A stretch of 64,000 nt of DNA, from assembly GCA_945892755.1 (NCBI GenBank), contig CAMDDO010000002.1, positions 58,418 through 122,417 on the forward strand. The letters run 5' to 3'. This DNA is from Rhizobium sp. Q54. GTDB lineage: Bacteria; Pseudomonadota; Alphaproteobacteria; UBA828. The notes beneath the pieces are model-generated. The model ran no database searches and had not been told where the DNA came from. It saw nothing but the letters and a program-made list of their open reading frames with translations. Each line of letters opens with the position of its first letter. The first letter of the stretch is position 1. Below, piece after piece: positions 33,441-43,194 of this stretch. Both the position numbers and the translations under genes were made by a program.

Positions 33441-35117
33441 TCAAGAACGCAGCACCTGGCCTGATGTCGCGCCGCTCATCGTGCCATTGGCCCAAGTGAT
33501 GTCGCCATTGACCATGGTGTATTCGACGCCGCGTGAGCGCATCACCATGCGCTTGGCCCCAGTCGGCAGGTCGTAGCTCCGCTCCTGACGATCCGCCGAG
33601 CCAACCGTCGCGGGGTCAAAGATCACGATGTCGGCGGCGTAGCCCGTCTTGAGCCGCCCACGGTCCTTAATGCCGAACAGGTCGGCCGGCTGCGCCGTCA
33701 ACCGAGACACCGCGTGCTCAAGCGACATGGCTTGGCGCTCGCGTACCCAGGTGCCGAGCACGAAGGTCGGATAGCCCGCGTCGCACAGCATGTCGACATG
33801 GGCGCCGCCGTCGCCGAGCGCCATCAGGGTATGCGGGTCGGTCAGCAGTTCCTGCACGCCCGACAATGATGTGTTGAACAAAGCGAGGGTAAACTCGATA
33901 GCGAGGTCGTCTTCCAGCGTGAGGTCGAGCAAAGTGTCTATCCCGTCCTTGCCGCGCGCGCGCGCGATGTCGGCAATGGTCCGGCCTTCGAGCGGCTTCA
34001 TCGCCGGGTTGTGGACCTCGAGCACCGCGAGCCGTCCCCAATCGCCGCCGAAGACCTGCGCGCCCTTTAGTTCCGTGCGAAACGCGTTGCGGAATTCGGG
34101 ATCGCGATAGACCGCTTCCTGTGCCGCTTTCGAGGGGTCCTTAAAGACCCGGCTCCAGCACGGAAACGACGCGAACGAGAACGGATTGCGCATGTTGACT
34201 TCGCGCGTCAGAGGCAGCGGCGAGGTCTGGGGCACGGCGCCGCGATTGATCAGATTACCAACCTTGCGCAACGCGTCCTGCCAGGCATTCGGCACATCGT
34301 CGCGCTGGAAGAGCGCGAGGAAGGTGACCGGCCGCGCGCTCTCATCGAGTAGGAATTCAAGCAGATCGCGCTCCTCATCGGTCATGACCGAGACTTTCTT
34401 GGTCAGCGCGATCTCGATCGCGCCCTTACCAGTTTCCTTGAGCACATTGGCATAGGCCTTGAGCTCGGCCTGGCTCGCATTGCGGCAGGCGAGCGGCCGC
34501 CCTTCATAGCCCATGTGCTGATTAAACGTTGTGGTTGAGAAGCCGAACGCGCCGGCATCGACCGCGCCGCGTAAGAGCGCCTTGATCTTTGCGGTCTCCT
34601 CAATCGTCGCCGCACGCTCCATCGATGCTTCGCCCATGACGTAGTGGCGAAACGGAGTCAGCGGCGCGAGGAAGGCGAGATTGAGCGCCGAAGGCCGCCG
34701 CGCGGCGGCCGCGATATAATCGGGGAAGCTCTCCCAATCCCAAGTGATGCCGGTATTGAGCACATCGAACGGAATGCCCTCGACACTCACGAGATCGCGC
34801 ATCGCGATCTCGCGCGCGGATGGACGGCAGGGCGCGATGCCGACGCCGCAATTGCCCATCACGACCGAGGTCACGCCATGCCAGGACGACGGCGAGATCG
34901 CCGGATCCCAACAGATCTGCGCGTCATAATGGGTGTGCGGATCGATGAAGCCCGGCGCCACGACGCAATCGGCGGCATCAATCACGCGCGTCGCGCCCTC
35001 ATTGAGCTTGCCGATCTCGACGATCTTGCCGCCTTTGACCGCGAGGTCGGCGCGGCGCGCCGGTGCCTCCGTGCCATCAATGACGAGCCCATTCTTGATC
35101 AGCATGTCATGGGGCAT
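33441..35117 (-). CDS. N-acyl-D-amino-acid deacylase (D-aminoacylase) family amidohydrolase
   Basis: Amidohydrolase metal ligands (GFIDPHTHYD...) and the overall D-aminoacylase length and architecture; 37 nt downstream of ggt on the same strand. Confidence 0.75.
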   Translation of the reverse strand: MPHDMLIKNGLVIDGTEAPARRADLAVKGGKIVEIGKLNEGATRVIDAADCVVAPGFIDPHTHYDAQICWDPAISPSSWHGVTSVVMGNCGVGIAPCRPSAREIAMRDLVSVEGIPFDVLNTGITWDWESFPDYIAAAARRPSALNLAFLAPLTPFRHYVMGEASMERAATIEETAKIKALLRGAVDAGAFGFSTTTFNQHMGYEGRPLACRNASQAELKAYANVLKETGKGAIEIALTKKVSVMTDEERDLLEFLLDESARPVTFLALFQRDDVPNAWQDALRKVGNLINRGAVPQTSPLPLTREVNMRNPFSFASFPCWSRVFKDPSKAAQEAVYRDPEFRNAFRTELKGAQVFGGDWGRLAVLEVHNPAMKPLEGRTIADIARARGKDGIDTLLDLTLEDDLAIEFTLALFNTSLSGVQELLTDPHTLMALGDGGAHVDMLCDAGYPTFVLGTWVRERQAMSLEHAVSRLTAQPADLFGIKDRGRLKTGYAADIVIFDPATVGSADRQERSYDLPTGAKRMVMRSRGVEYTMVNGDITWANGTMSGATSGQVLRS

Positions 35118-35153
35118 GGCGCATCCTGTTCAATGTAAGAGATGTCGATGAAT

Positions 35154-36746
35154 CTAATAGCCGATCGCGCAGCCATCCTTGCGCGGGTCCGACCCGCCGG
35201 TCAGCACGCCCTGTTTCCAATCGATATGAATGGCCTGGCCGCCGCCATGCGGCAATTCGGCCATCACGATCTTGTGGCCGAGCCCGGCGAGTTGACCGAG
35301 CGTCGCCGCCGGCACGCTCCGCTCGCATTCAAGCACATTATCAAAATGAAAGGCGCGTGGGCTGTCGAGCGCCTCCTGCACATCCATGCCGTAATCGATC
35401 ACATTGGTGACGAAATGGGCATGCCCGGTCGCCTGATAATGGCCGCCCATCACGCCGAACGGCATGAGGCAGCGCTTGCCTTCGCCGACCATGCCAGGAA
35501 TGATCGTGTGCATCGGTCGCTTGCCGGGCGCGATCGCGTTCGGGTGATTGCGGTCATTGACCACGAACGAGGCACCGCGATTTTGCAGCATCACGCCACT
35601 TTTAGGCGTGCATAGACCGCTGCCGAAATTATGAAAGGTCGAGTTGATGAACGAGATCGCGTTGTGCTCGCCATCGACCACGGTGAGGTAGACCGTATCC
35701 TTGTGCGCGGGTAGACCGGCCGGCGGCAGCGTCGCCATCGCGCGGTCGCGCCTGATATGGCCGCGCAGCGCCTCGGCATAGGGCGCGCCGAGTAGCTGTT
35801 TGACCGGTACCTTCGCTTGTGTCGGATCGGCGACGAAGGCGTTGCGATCACGATAGGCTAGGCGCGTCGCCTCAGCCTCGAGATGAAAGCGTGCCGCGCC
35901 ATGCGGATCGAGGCCGGTCAGATCATAGCCCGATAGAACATTGAGCATGATCAGCGCCACGATGCCCTGCCCGTTCGGCGGGCATTCATAGACGTCAACG
36001 CCGCGATAGCGCGTCTTGATCGGATCGACATAGTCGGCATCGTAGGACGCCAAATCGTCGAGCGAGAGCAGCCCGCCGCATTTGCGGAGATAGGACACGA
36101 TGTCCTCGGCGACCTCACCGGTATAAAAGGCATCGCGGCCGCGCTTGGCGATTTTCTTGAGCGTCGCGGCGAGCTCGGGCTGATGGTGCACGGAACCCGC
36201 CTTCGGGGTCTTGCCGCCGGGCATGAAGATGCGCCGGGCGTTCGGGCATGGGCTCAGCTTCTCGACATTGCGCGCCCAATCCGCAGCGATGCGCGAATAA
36301 ACCACATAGCCGCCCTCGGCGAGCTTGATCGCCGGCGCCAGCACCTCATCGAGGCCTTTGCGGCCGTGATCCTTGGAGAGCTTGGCCCAGGCCGCGACCG
36401 CGCCCGGCACGGTGACGGCATGAGGGCTCTGAAAGCCGATGCTCGCGACGCCGCGCTCGACGAAATAATCGATCGTCGCAGCCTTCGCGGCCTTGCCCGA
36501 GCCGTTCAGCGCGATCGGCGGAACCTGGCCCTTCGGCGCATAGAGCGCGAAGACATCGCCGCCAATGCCGGTCGATTGCGGCTCGACCACATTCAGCACG
36601 GCCGCCGCCGAGATGGCGGCATCGACCGCATTGCCGCCCGCCCGCAGCATTTCAATCGCGGTGCGGGTCGCTTCGGGGTGCGACGTGGCCGCCATGCCGC
36701 CTTGGCCATGCACCGGCGAACGGCCGGGCAGTTGGAAATCGCGCAT
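35154..36746 (-). CDS. ggt: Gamma-glutamyltransferase
   Basis: Autoprocessing and nucleophile Thr region (GVMLQNRGASF...TIIPGMV... and the GGDVFALY region); 530 aa GGT family. Confidence 0.88.
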   Translation of the reverse strand: MRDFQLPGRSPVHGQGGMAATSHPEATRTAIEMLRAGGNAVDAAISAAAVLNVVEPQSTGIGGDVFALYAPKGQVPPIALNGSGKAAKAATIDYFVERGVASIGFQSPHAVTVPGAVAAWAKLSKDHGRKGLDEVLAPAIKLAEGGYVVYSRIAADWARNVEKLSPCPNARRIFMPGGKTPKAGSVHHQPELAATLKKIAKRGRDAFYTGEVAEDIVSYLRKCGGLLSLDDLASYDADYVDPIKTRYRGVDVYECPPNGQGIVALIMLNVLSGYDLTGLDPHGAARFHLEAEATRLAYRDRNAFVADPTQAKVPVKQLLGAPYAEALRGHIRRDRAMATLPPAGLPAHKDTVYLTVVDGEHNAISFINSTFHNFGSGLCTPKSGVMLQNRGASFVVNDRNHPNAIAPGKRPMHTIIPGMVGEGKRCLMPFGVMGGHYQATGHAHFVTNVIDYGMDVQEALDSPRAFHFDNVLECERSVPAATLGQLAGLGHKIVMAELPHGGGQAIHIDWKQGVLTGGSDPRKDGCAIGY

Positions 36747-36926
36747 CGACCTCTCCCTCTGATCGCGGGCGCACTATGCCGAACCCTGGGCCCGCCCGCC
36801 ACCTCGGCGCTCAACGCTTCTCACCGAATCGTGTCTGGCGTTGACTGGCGGGCCTGCTGCACCCTCCGCTAAGCTTTCTTCTGAAAGCGCCAATCAGCCA
36901 TCAGACCCAGACCGGGAGGTTGACGA

Positions 36927-37364
36927 ATGAGACGCGATTTGATCTTGGGACTTGGGCTGGCCCTGGCCCTTGGCGGGGGGCCCGCGCTGGCGGCCGACGC
37001 GCCGGCACCGAAGCGCGTCACGGTAACCGGCGAGATCATCGATTCCTGGTGCTATCTCAGCGAGATCATGTACGCGCAGGGCTCGGCGCACCATCAATGC
37101 GCGCTCTGGTGCGCGCGGGGCGGCGTGCCGGTCGGCATATTGGGCGAGGACGAGCAGGTCTATGTCGTCTTGAAGATGCAGGACGATTCGGCGGTGCTCG
37201 AGAACCCCGGCATCATGAAGCTGCAAACCAACAAGGTTACGGTCGAAGGCAATCTCTATGAGCGCGACAGCGTGAAATACCTCGCGATCGACACGATCAT
37301 CGATGACCAGGGCATCGTGAATTACAGCCACGAAGAATTCGACATCCAGCCGTTTGGGGAATGA
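36927..37364 (+). CDS. Secreted Cys-containing protein A (signal peptide; unknown family)
   Basis: Signal peptide MRRDLILGLGLALALGGGPALA. Mature region VTVTGEIIDSWCYLSEIMYAQGSAHHQCALWCARGG...VYVVLKMQDD...KVTVEGNLY. SD GGGAGG upstream. Confidence 0.5.
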   Translation: MRRDLILGLGLALALGGGPALAADAPAPKRVTVTGEIIDSWCYLSEIMYAQGSAHHQCALWCARGGVPVGILGEDEQVYVVLKMQDDSAVLENPGIMKLQTNKVTVEGNLYERDSVKYLAIDTIIDDQGIVNYSHEEFDIQPFGE

Positions 37365-37367
37365 GCG

Positions 37368-37910
37368 ATGAGGAAGATCGGAACTCTCGCGGCCTTGGCC
37401 GTCGTGGCGCTCGGCGCCGGATTGAGCGAAGCGAACACTGCCCAGGCCGCCAATAGCTGGGGTCTGCCCGGGGAAGAGACGGCGCGGTTCGACGCCAAGG
37501 TGGTTGACGTGATGTGCGTGTTGACCGGCGATTGCCCGACCGACTGCGGCGCCGGCAAGCGAGTCATGGGGCTGTTGCGCGACTCGGGCGAACTCGTGCT
37601 CGCGATCAAGAACGCCGGGCCGTTCACCGGCACGGCGCGCGACCTCGTGCCGTTCTGCGGTCAAACCGTAACGGCCGACGGCCTGTTCACCATCAATTAC
37701 GGCGTCAAGACCTTCGCGCTTCAATTCGTCAAACCCAAAGACGCCGATTGGCGCGGCGCCAACGGCTTCATCAAGGAATGGGCCAAGGAGCGCGCGCTCG
37801 ACCCCAAGGACGACAAGGTCAAGCAATGGTTCCGCAATGACGAGCAGGTCAAGGCGCTGATCGACGAGCAAGGCAAGCTTGGCCTGAAGAGCAAGGGTAT
37901 CACGCCCTAA
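37368..37910 (+). CDS. Secreted Cys-containing protein B, paralogue of the preceding gene
   Basis: Signal peptide MRKIGTLAALAVVALGAGLSEANTAQA. KVVDVMCVLTGDCPTDCGAGKR...GELVLAIKNAG...TVTADGLF aligns with protein A. Starts 3 nt after the stop of A. Confidence 0.5.
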   Translation: MRKIGTLAALAVVALGAGLSEANTAQAANSWGLPGEETARFDAKVVDVMCVLTGDCPTDCGAGKRVMGLLRDSGELVLAIKNAGPFTGTARDLVPFCGQTVTADGLFTINYGVKTFALQFVKPKDADWRGANGFIKEWAKERALDPKDDKVKQWFRNDEQVKALIDEQGKLGLKSKGITP

Positions 37911-38026
37911 TTTATCGCCGGGGCCCGGCGGGGGTTTGACGCGCTCCGCCCGCCCGTTACACTCGGGCGCATGATCGAGCCCGATCTCTCCATCGATACG
38001 CGCGTGCCACGATTTCGGATTCCGTC

Positions 38027-39091
38027 ATGAGCCGCAAGGTCGCCTTGATTTCGGGCGTCACCGGGCAGGATGGCGCCTATCTCGCCGCCTTTCTGCTCGG
38101 CAAGGGCTACCTTGTGCACGGCATCAAGCGGCGCTCGTCATCGTTCAACACGGCGCGCGTCGACGACCTCTACCGCGACCCACATTTGGGCGACGTCGCG
38201 TTCCGCCTGCATTATGGCGACATGACGGATGCCACTAACCTGATCCGGCTGTTGCAGGAGACCCAACCCGACGAGATCTACAATCTCGCGGCGCAGAGCC
38301 ACGTCCAGGTCAGCTTCGAGACGCCGGAATACACCGCGAACGCTGACGGGCTCGGCACGCTGCGCTTGCTCGAGGCGATGCGCATTCTGGGTCTGAAAGA
38401 AAGGTCGCGCTTTTATCAGGCCTCGACCTCGGAGCTTTACGGCAATTCAGGCGAGCGACCGCAACGCGAGACCACGCCGTTTCGCCCGCGCAGCCCCTAC
38501 GCCGCGGCTAAGCTCTACGCCTATTGGATCACGGTGAACTATCGCGAGGCCTATGGCTTCCACGCCTCGAACGGAATCCTGTTCAACCATGAGAGCCCGA
38601 TGCGCGGCGAAACCTTCGTCACTCGAAAAGTGACGCGCGCGGTCGCCGCGATCGAGCTTGGGCTGCAGGACAAGCTCTGGCTCGGCAATCTCGACGCCAC
38701 GCGTGACTGGGGCCATGCGCGCGACTATGTCGAAGGTATGTGGCTCATGCTTCAGCAGGCAACGCCTGATGACTATGTGCTGGCGAGCGGCGAGAGCCAT
38801 AGCGTGCGCGAATTCGTCGAAGCGGCCTTCGCCGAAATCGGTCGCACCATCGAATGGCGCGGCACGGGCAAGAGCGAGAAAGGCATCGACACGAAGACCG
38901 GCGCGGTGCTGATCGAGATCGACGCGCGCTATTTCCGCCCGACCGAGGTTGATTTTCTCGAAGGCGATGCGACCAAGGCGCATGAGCGGCTCGGCTGGCG
39001 CCACCGCACCGGATTTCACGCGCTGGTGAAGGAGATGGTGACTGCCGATCTCAAGGCCATGAAAGCGGAGCGCCGCCCCAATCGTGAGTGA
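38027..39091 (+). CDS. gmd: GDP-mannose 4,6-dehydratase
   Basis: [19 protein letters not shown] Rossmann motif, catalytic [10 protein letters not shown], and a characteristic Gmd C-terminus. Confidence 0.95.
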   Translation: MSRKVALISGVTGQDGAYLAAFLLGKGYLVHGIKRRSSSFNTARVDDLYRDPHLGDVAFRLHYGDMTDATNLIRLLQETQPDEIYNLAAQSHVQVSFETPEYTANADGLGTLRLLEAMRILGLKERSRFYQASTSELYGNSGERPQRETTPFRPRSPYAAAKLYAYWITVNYREAYGFHASNGILFNHESPMRGETFVTRKVTRAVAAIELGLQDKLWLGNLDATRDWGHARDYVEGMWLMLQQATPDDYVLASGESHSVREFVEAAFAEIGRTIEWRGTGKSEKGIDTKTGAVLIEIDARYFRPTEVDFLEGDATKAHERLGWRHRTGFHALVKEMVTADLKAMKAERRPNRE

Positions 39092-40052
39092 GGCGCGGAC
39101 CCTTTATTCGCTCGATGGCAAGCGCGTTTGGGTCGCCGGCCATGGTGGCCTGGTCGGCTCGGCGCTCATGCGCCGGCTTGAGCGAGATCCCTGCACGGTA
39201 ATGACCGTCGAGCGCGCCAAGCTTGATCTCAAACGTCAAGCCGGCGTCGAGGCGTGGCTCAAGGACGCGCGGCCGCAAGCGATTTTTCTCGCCGCGGCCA
39301 CCGTCGGCGGCATCGCCTCGAACGATGCCCGACCCGGCGAGTACCTCTACGACAATCTGATGATCCAGGCGAATGTGATCGAGGCGGCGCGCCAAACTGG
39401 CGTCGAGAAGGTGCTGGTGCTGGGCTCGACCTGCATCTATCCGAAATTCGCGCCCCAGCCGATCGCCGAAGAGGATTTACTGACCGGGCCGCTCGAGCCG
39501 ACCAATCAATGGTATGCGCTGGCCAAGATCGCGGGCGTCAAGCTGGCCGAGGCCTATCGCCGCCAATATGGCTTCGATGTGATCTCGGCCATGCCGACCA
39601 ATCTCTATGGACCGGGCGATTTTTTCGCGGCCGAGGCGAGCCACGTCATTCCCGCGCTGATCGGCAAGATCCACACGGCCAAGACGCGCCGCGCTGCCAG
39701 CGTCGAAATCTGGGGTACCGGGCGACCGAAGCGCGAATTCCTGCACTGCGACGACGCGGCCGATGCGTTGGTCTTTTTGATGACGCGCTATTCCGGTCAT
39801 TCGACGGTCAATGTCGGCACCGGCGAAGACCTATCGATTCGTGAACTCGCCACGTTGATCGCCGAGATTGTGGGCTATGGCGGCGGCTTCCACTTCAACA
39901 CGCAGCGGCCAGACGGCACGCCGCGCAAATTGACCGATGGCAAAAAACTCGCCGCGCTCGGTTGGAAGGCCCGCATCAATCTTCGCGATGGCCTCACCGC
40001 GACCTACGAGTGGTATCGCGCGGCGCACGCTGATGGCCGCGTGCGCGCCTGA
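39084..40052 (+). CDS. fcl: GDP-L-fucose synthase (GDP-4-keto-6-deoxymannose 3,5-epimerase/4-reductase)
   Basis: [25 protein letters not shown] (YxxxK) and a typical Fcl/WcaG length. Its start overlaps the gmd stop. Confidence 0.9.
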   Translation: MSEARTLYSLDGKRVWVAGHGGLVGSALMRRLERDPCTVMTVERAKLDLKRQAGVEAWLKDARPQAIFLAAATVGGIASNDARPGEYLYDNLMIQANVIEAARQTGVEKVLVLGSTCIYPKFAPQPIAEEDLLTGPLEPTNQWYALAKIAGVKLAEAYRRQYGFDVISAMPTNLYGPGDFFAAEASHVIPALIGKIHTAKTRRAASVEIWGTGRPKREFLHCDDAADALVFLMTRYSGHSTVNVGTGEDLSIRELATLIAEIVGYGGGFHFNTQRPDGTPRKLTDGKKLAALGWKARINLRDGLTATYEWYRAAHADGRVRA

Positions 40053-40058
40053 TGCGCG

Positions 40059-40697
40059 ATGGCTGAACGCTTTCCCCTCGATCATTCGGGCCAATGGTGC
40101 GAGGTGCTGCGGCCGCACCTTGGCGCGCCGCGCCCGGCGATCTTCCTTGATCGCGACGGCACGTTGATCGAGCTCGTCGAATATCTCGCCGAGCCCGACA
40201 AGGTACGCCTGATCGATTCCGCGCTTGCGCTAGTGCGTGCGGCCAATACGCGCGATTGGCCCGTGGTGGTCATCACCAATCAGTCTGCCATTGCGCGCGG
40301 GCTTCATGACTGGACCGCGTTCGCGGCAGTGCAACGGCGTTTGCTTGCACTGCTCGATGCGGCCGGTTGCGCGCTCGACGCCGTCATGGCCTGCCCGGCG
40401 CTACCCGATTCGAACGCACCCTGTCGCAAGCCCAATCCCGGCATGTTGCTCAGCGCGGCCCGAAGATTGCCGATCGAGCTCACCTCAAGTTGGATCGTCG
40501 GCGATTCGGCGATCGACCTCGAAGCCGGCAAGCGCGCCGGTCTTCGCCATGGCTGGTTGGCGCCGACCGGCTATGGCTCACGCGATGAAGCGGCCGCGCG
40601 TTCCCTTGTCGGTTCGGGGTTTGACGCCGTGTTTCTGGAGCCGCTCTCTACTCTCGCCGCCAGACTTTCGACCGACCCGAGCTCATCAAACAAATAG
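40059..40697 (+). CDS. gmhB: D,D-heptose 1,7-bisphosphate phosphatase-like HAD-IIIA hydrolase
   Basis: FLDRDGTLI motif I, VVITNQS motif II, and the GmhB-type zinc loop CPALPDSNAPCRKPNPGM. Confidence 0.7.
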   Translation: MAERFPLDHSGQWCEVLRPHLGAPRPAIFLDRDGTLIELVEYLAEPDKVRLIDSALALVRAANTRDWPVVVITNQSAIARGLHDWTAFAAVQRRLLALLDAAGCALDAVMACPALPDSNAPCRKPNPGMLLSAARRLPIELTSSWIVGDSAIDLEAGKRAGLRHGWLAPTGYGSRDEAAARSLVGSGFDAVFLEPLSTLAARLSTDPSSSNK

Positions 40698-41150
40698 CGC
40701 AGCCGATTGGCGGCGATGCGGCCAAAGCGAACCGCTTGGCGGCGCCGCAAACCCGTCGCCATGGCGACAAGGGGTGCTTCGCGGACGGAGCTCGGCGCCA
40801 TAGCGGTCGGCGATCAGAAGGCCGGTGTGGGGCGGCAAGACCTCGCGCGGAAAGTCGGCCCCGACCGCGAAATAGAACCGGTCGCAATGCGCCACATAGT
40901 CCGGCCATTTCTGGTCGGCCCGAAAATCGGCGAGGCCGGATTTGATCTCGACGATCGCAAACCGCCCTTTGCCGCTCAGCGCCAAGACGTCGGCGCGCCG
41001 GCCGACCCCAAGCGGCACCTCGCAGAGCGGCGTGTACCCCATCGCGTCCAAGAGCCGACAAACCCCGCGGGCAAGGCCCGGCGCCGCCTCCCCCAGGCCG
41101 AATTGGCGGGTCAGATCAAGGGTCAGAAGCTGGCGGTCGTCCGCTGACAT
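40686..41150 (-). CDS. MmcB-like PD-(D/E)XK nuclease-fold protein
   Basis: GRRADVLALSGKGRFAIVEIKSGLADF is a D...E-x-K arrangement typical of the alphaproteobacterial MmcB family; 154 aa. Confidence 0.5.
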   Translation of the reverse strand: MSADDRQLLTLDLTRQFGLGEAAPGLARGVCRLLDAMGYTPLCEVPLGVGRRADVLALSGKGRFAIVEIKSGLADFRADQKWPDYVAHCDRFYFAVGADFPREVLPPHTGLLIADRYGAELRPRSTPCRHGDGFAAPPSGSLWPHRRQSAALFV

Positions 41151-41323
41151 GACGGCCTATGTTCGTTAAATGTTCTTGAACAACCCAATTTATGGGCCTG
41201 GCCCGCCATTCCGCAAGCCCCGCGTGGCGCCGGCGCCTGCGGGTTAAGGTTTTGTTTGACGCTCATCGGGCTTACTCCCGCCATGCCCAATTCGAGAGCC
41301 CGTCGCGGGCGCATCGGCCTGTC

Positions 41324-42592
41324 ATGACCAGTAGGTGGACCGTCTATAACCCTGCGGTGCAGGTGGAGACCGATCTCCATGACTGCGCGTATCGACTCGC
41401 GCGCTTGACCGACAGCCACAAGCGGGTGGCGCTGCACCTCAATCTGTCCAAATTGCAGCCGAGCCGGCGTCGAGAACACCATATGCGGCTCGCCATGGCG
41501 GTTTTCGATTCGCTCTTGATGCGCTACGAATGCCGCCTGTTCAGGCTGAGTAATGGCGATCTGGTGTTGGTCACCAAGGACACGCCGCTCTACGAAATCG
41601 AAACCCAACTAGCCAAGCTGCGCGGCATGTTCGCTGACGATCCGCTGGTTTACAGCGCGGGGCTGAATGGCGATGGCTTTGCGACGATCGTCGATATCAG
41701 CGCCGATACCGCGGCTTTCCTCAAGCGCTGCGATGACATCCTGGCCGACGCCGAGCAGCGCACGCGAGGCCTGGCCTCGCCCACGCTATCGCCGCCGATG
41801 AAGAACGAGGCGCGCGCGCTCGACATGCAGGGTTTGGCGATGCTCGACAGCGCGCTCTCGGCGACGTCGATCGGGCCGTTCTTGCGTCAACAGGCGGTCG
41901 TCTTGATCTCAGAGGACGGCGACGCGGAAACCGTCTTCACCGAGCTCTATGTCTCGATTCCCGAGCTGCAGCGTGCGCTCGCGCCGCAGGCCGACATCGA
42001 AGCCGATCCCTGGATTTTTCTTGGTCTGACGCACCTGCTCGATCGCAAGGTGCTGGCTCATCTCAACGCCGCCGGTGCGACCCCGCTGCCGCGCCCGGCA
42101 AGCCTGAATCTGTGCTTGTCCGGGCTCGACCACGCCATGCTCGACGGACTGATGAGATTGCAGAGCCGCTACCGTGAATGGCGCACCATCATCGAGACGC
42201 CGCATCTGGAGCCGTTTGTCGATCTCGCGGGCTACATGGAAAAGGCCGCGCGTCTGCGCGAGATGGGCTTTCGGATTTGCCTGGACGGTCTCTGCCACCA
42301 CACGCTGCCGCTGATCGATCGCGAACGGCTCAACGCTGATTTCCTCAAGATCCGCTGGAGCCCGGCGCTTGAGCGTGAAGGCCTCGCGGCGCCACTCGGC
42401 CGGCTCGCCGCGGCGGTTCAGCGGGCCGGCGTGGAACGCGTGGTGCTTTGCCGCTGCGACGGCCCGGGGGCGCTCGCCTGGGGACGTTCGATCGGCATCA
42501 AGCTTTATCAAGGGCGCTACGTCGATATCCTGCATCACGGGACGGGAGATCCGCGCGGCACGGCAGAGCTCGCGCCATTCGCCCGGCATTGA
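41324..42592 (+). CDS. Protein with N-terminal domain of unknown function and C-terminal degenerate EAL-like domain (probably catalytically inactive)
   Basis: The C-terminal ~220 aa keep EAL spacing but with substitutions. FRICLDGLCHHTL sits in place of DDFGTGYSSL, ADFLKIRWSP in place of DxLKIDRSF, VVLCRCDGP in place of AEGVET, and the YQGRY end motif is kept. The EAL and E-x-x-E catalytic residues are missing. Start could be the upstream Met at 41192. Confidence 0.5.
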   Translation: MTSRWTVYNPAVQVETDLHDCAYRLARLTDSHKRVALHLNLSKLQPSRRREHHMRLAMAVFDSLLMRYECRLFRLSNGDLVLVTKDTPLYEIETQLAKLRGMFADDPLVYSAGLNGDGFATIVDISADTAAFLKRCDDILADAEQRTRGLASPTLSPPMKNEARALDMQGLAMLDSALSATSIGPFLRQQAVVLISEDGDAETVFTELYVSIPELQRALAPQADIEADPWIFLGLTHLLDRKVLAHLNAAGATPLPRPASLNLCLSGLDHAMLDGLMRLQSRYREWRTIIETPHLEPFVDLAGYMEKAARLREMGFRICLDGLCHHTLPLIDRERLNADFLKIRWSPALEREGLAAPLGRLAAAVQRAGVERVVLCRCDGPGALAWGRSIGIKLYQGRYVDILHHGTGDPRGTAELAPFARH

Positions 42593-42606
42593 ACCGGCAG
42601 CGCCGC

Positions 42607-43194
42607 CTATTCGTGCGGCGAGTGCTTGCTGAGGATGCGTTGCAAGGTTCGCCTGTGCATGTTGAGCTGCCGCGCCGTCCTCGAAACATTGCGATCGCAC
42701 TGTTCGTAGATGCGCTGGATATGCTCCCAGCGCACCCGGTCGGCCGACATTGGGTTTTCAGGCGGCGCGGGCAATTTGGTCCCGGTCGCGTTGAGCGCGC
42801 GGTCGATATCGTCGGCATCGGCCGGCTTGGCCAGATAGTCGATCGCGCCGACCTTAACCGCGGTAACCGCGGTGGCGATATTGCCATAGCCGGTCAGCAT
42901 GACGATGCGCATATCGGGACGAACCGCGTGCAATTCGCGCACGACCTCGAGCCCATTGCCACCCGGCATGCGGAGATCGACCACGGCGTAATCAGGCCGC
43001 AGCCGATGCCCGAGCGCGATCGCCTCGGCAACGTCGGACGCGGTCGAAACCTTGTAGCCGCGCCGCCCCATCGCGGTGGCGAGGCGTTGGCGCAGCGCCT
43101 CGTCGTCATCGACGATAAGCAACGAGCGCGCCGCGGCGCCCGACTTGATCGGGTCCGCCGTGACGTCCGGCGGCAAATCGCTCCGCTCGCTCAT
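42607..43194 (-). CDS. regA: Redox response regulator RegA/PrrA/ActR (REC plus Fis-type HTH)
   Basis: LLIVDDD...VVDLRMPGGNGLEVV...IVMLTGYGNIATAVTAVKVGAIDYLAKP and a highly conserved C-terminal HTH (RIYEQCDRNVSRTARQLNMHRRTLQRIL). Start taken at MSERSDL, overlapping the regB stop. Confidence 0.85.
   Translation of the reverse strand: MSERSDLPPDVTADPIKSGAAARSLLIVDDDEALRQRLATAMGRRGYKVSTASDVAEAIALGHRLRPDYAVVDLRMPGGNGLEVVRELHAVRPDMRIVMLTGYGNIATAVTAVKVGAIDYLAKPADADDIDRALNATGTKLPAPPENPMSADRVRWEHIQRIYEQCDRNVSRTARQLNMHRRTLQRILSKHSPHE

Noticed and set aside
41324-42592. Calling the EAL-like protein an active c-di-GMP phosphodiesterase
   Set aside because: The EAL, E-x-x-E, DDFGTG, KID and EGVE catalytic residues are largely substituted, so an enzymatic call is not supported; kept as a degenerate or receptor-type domain.
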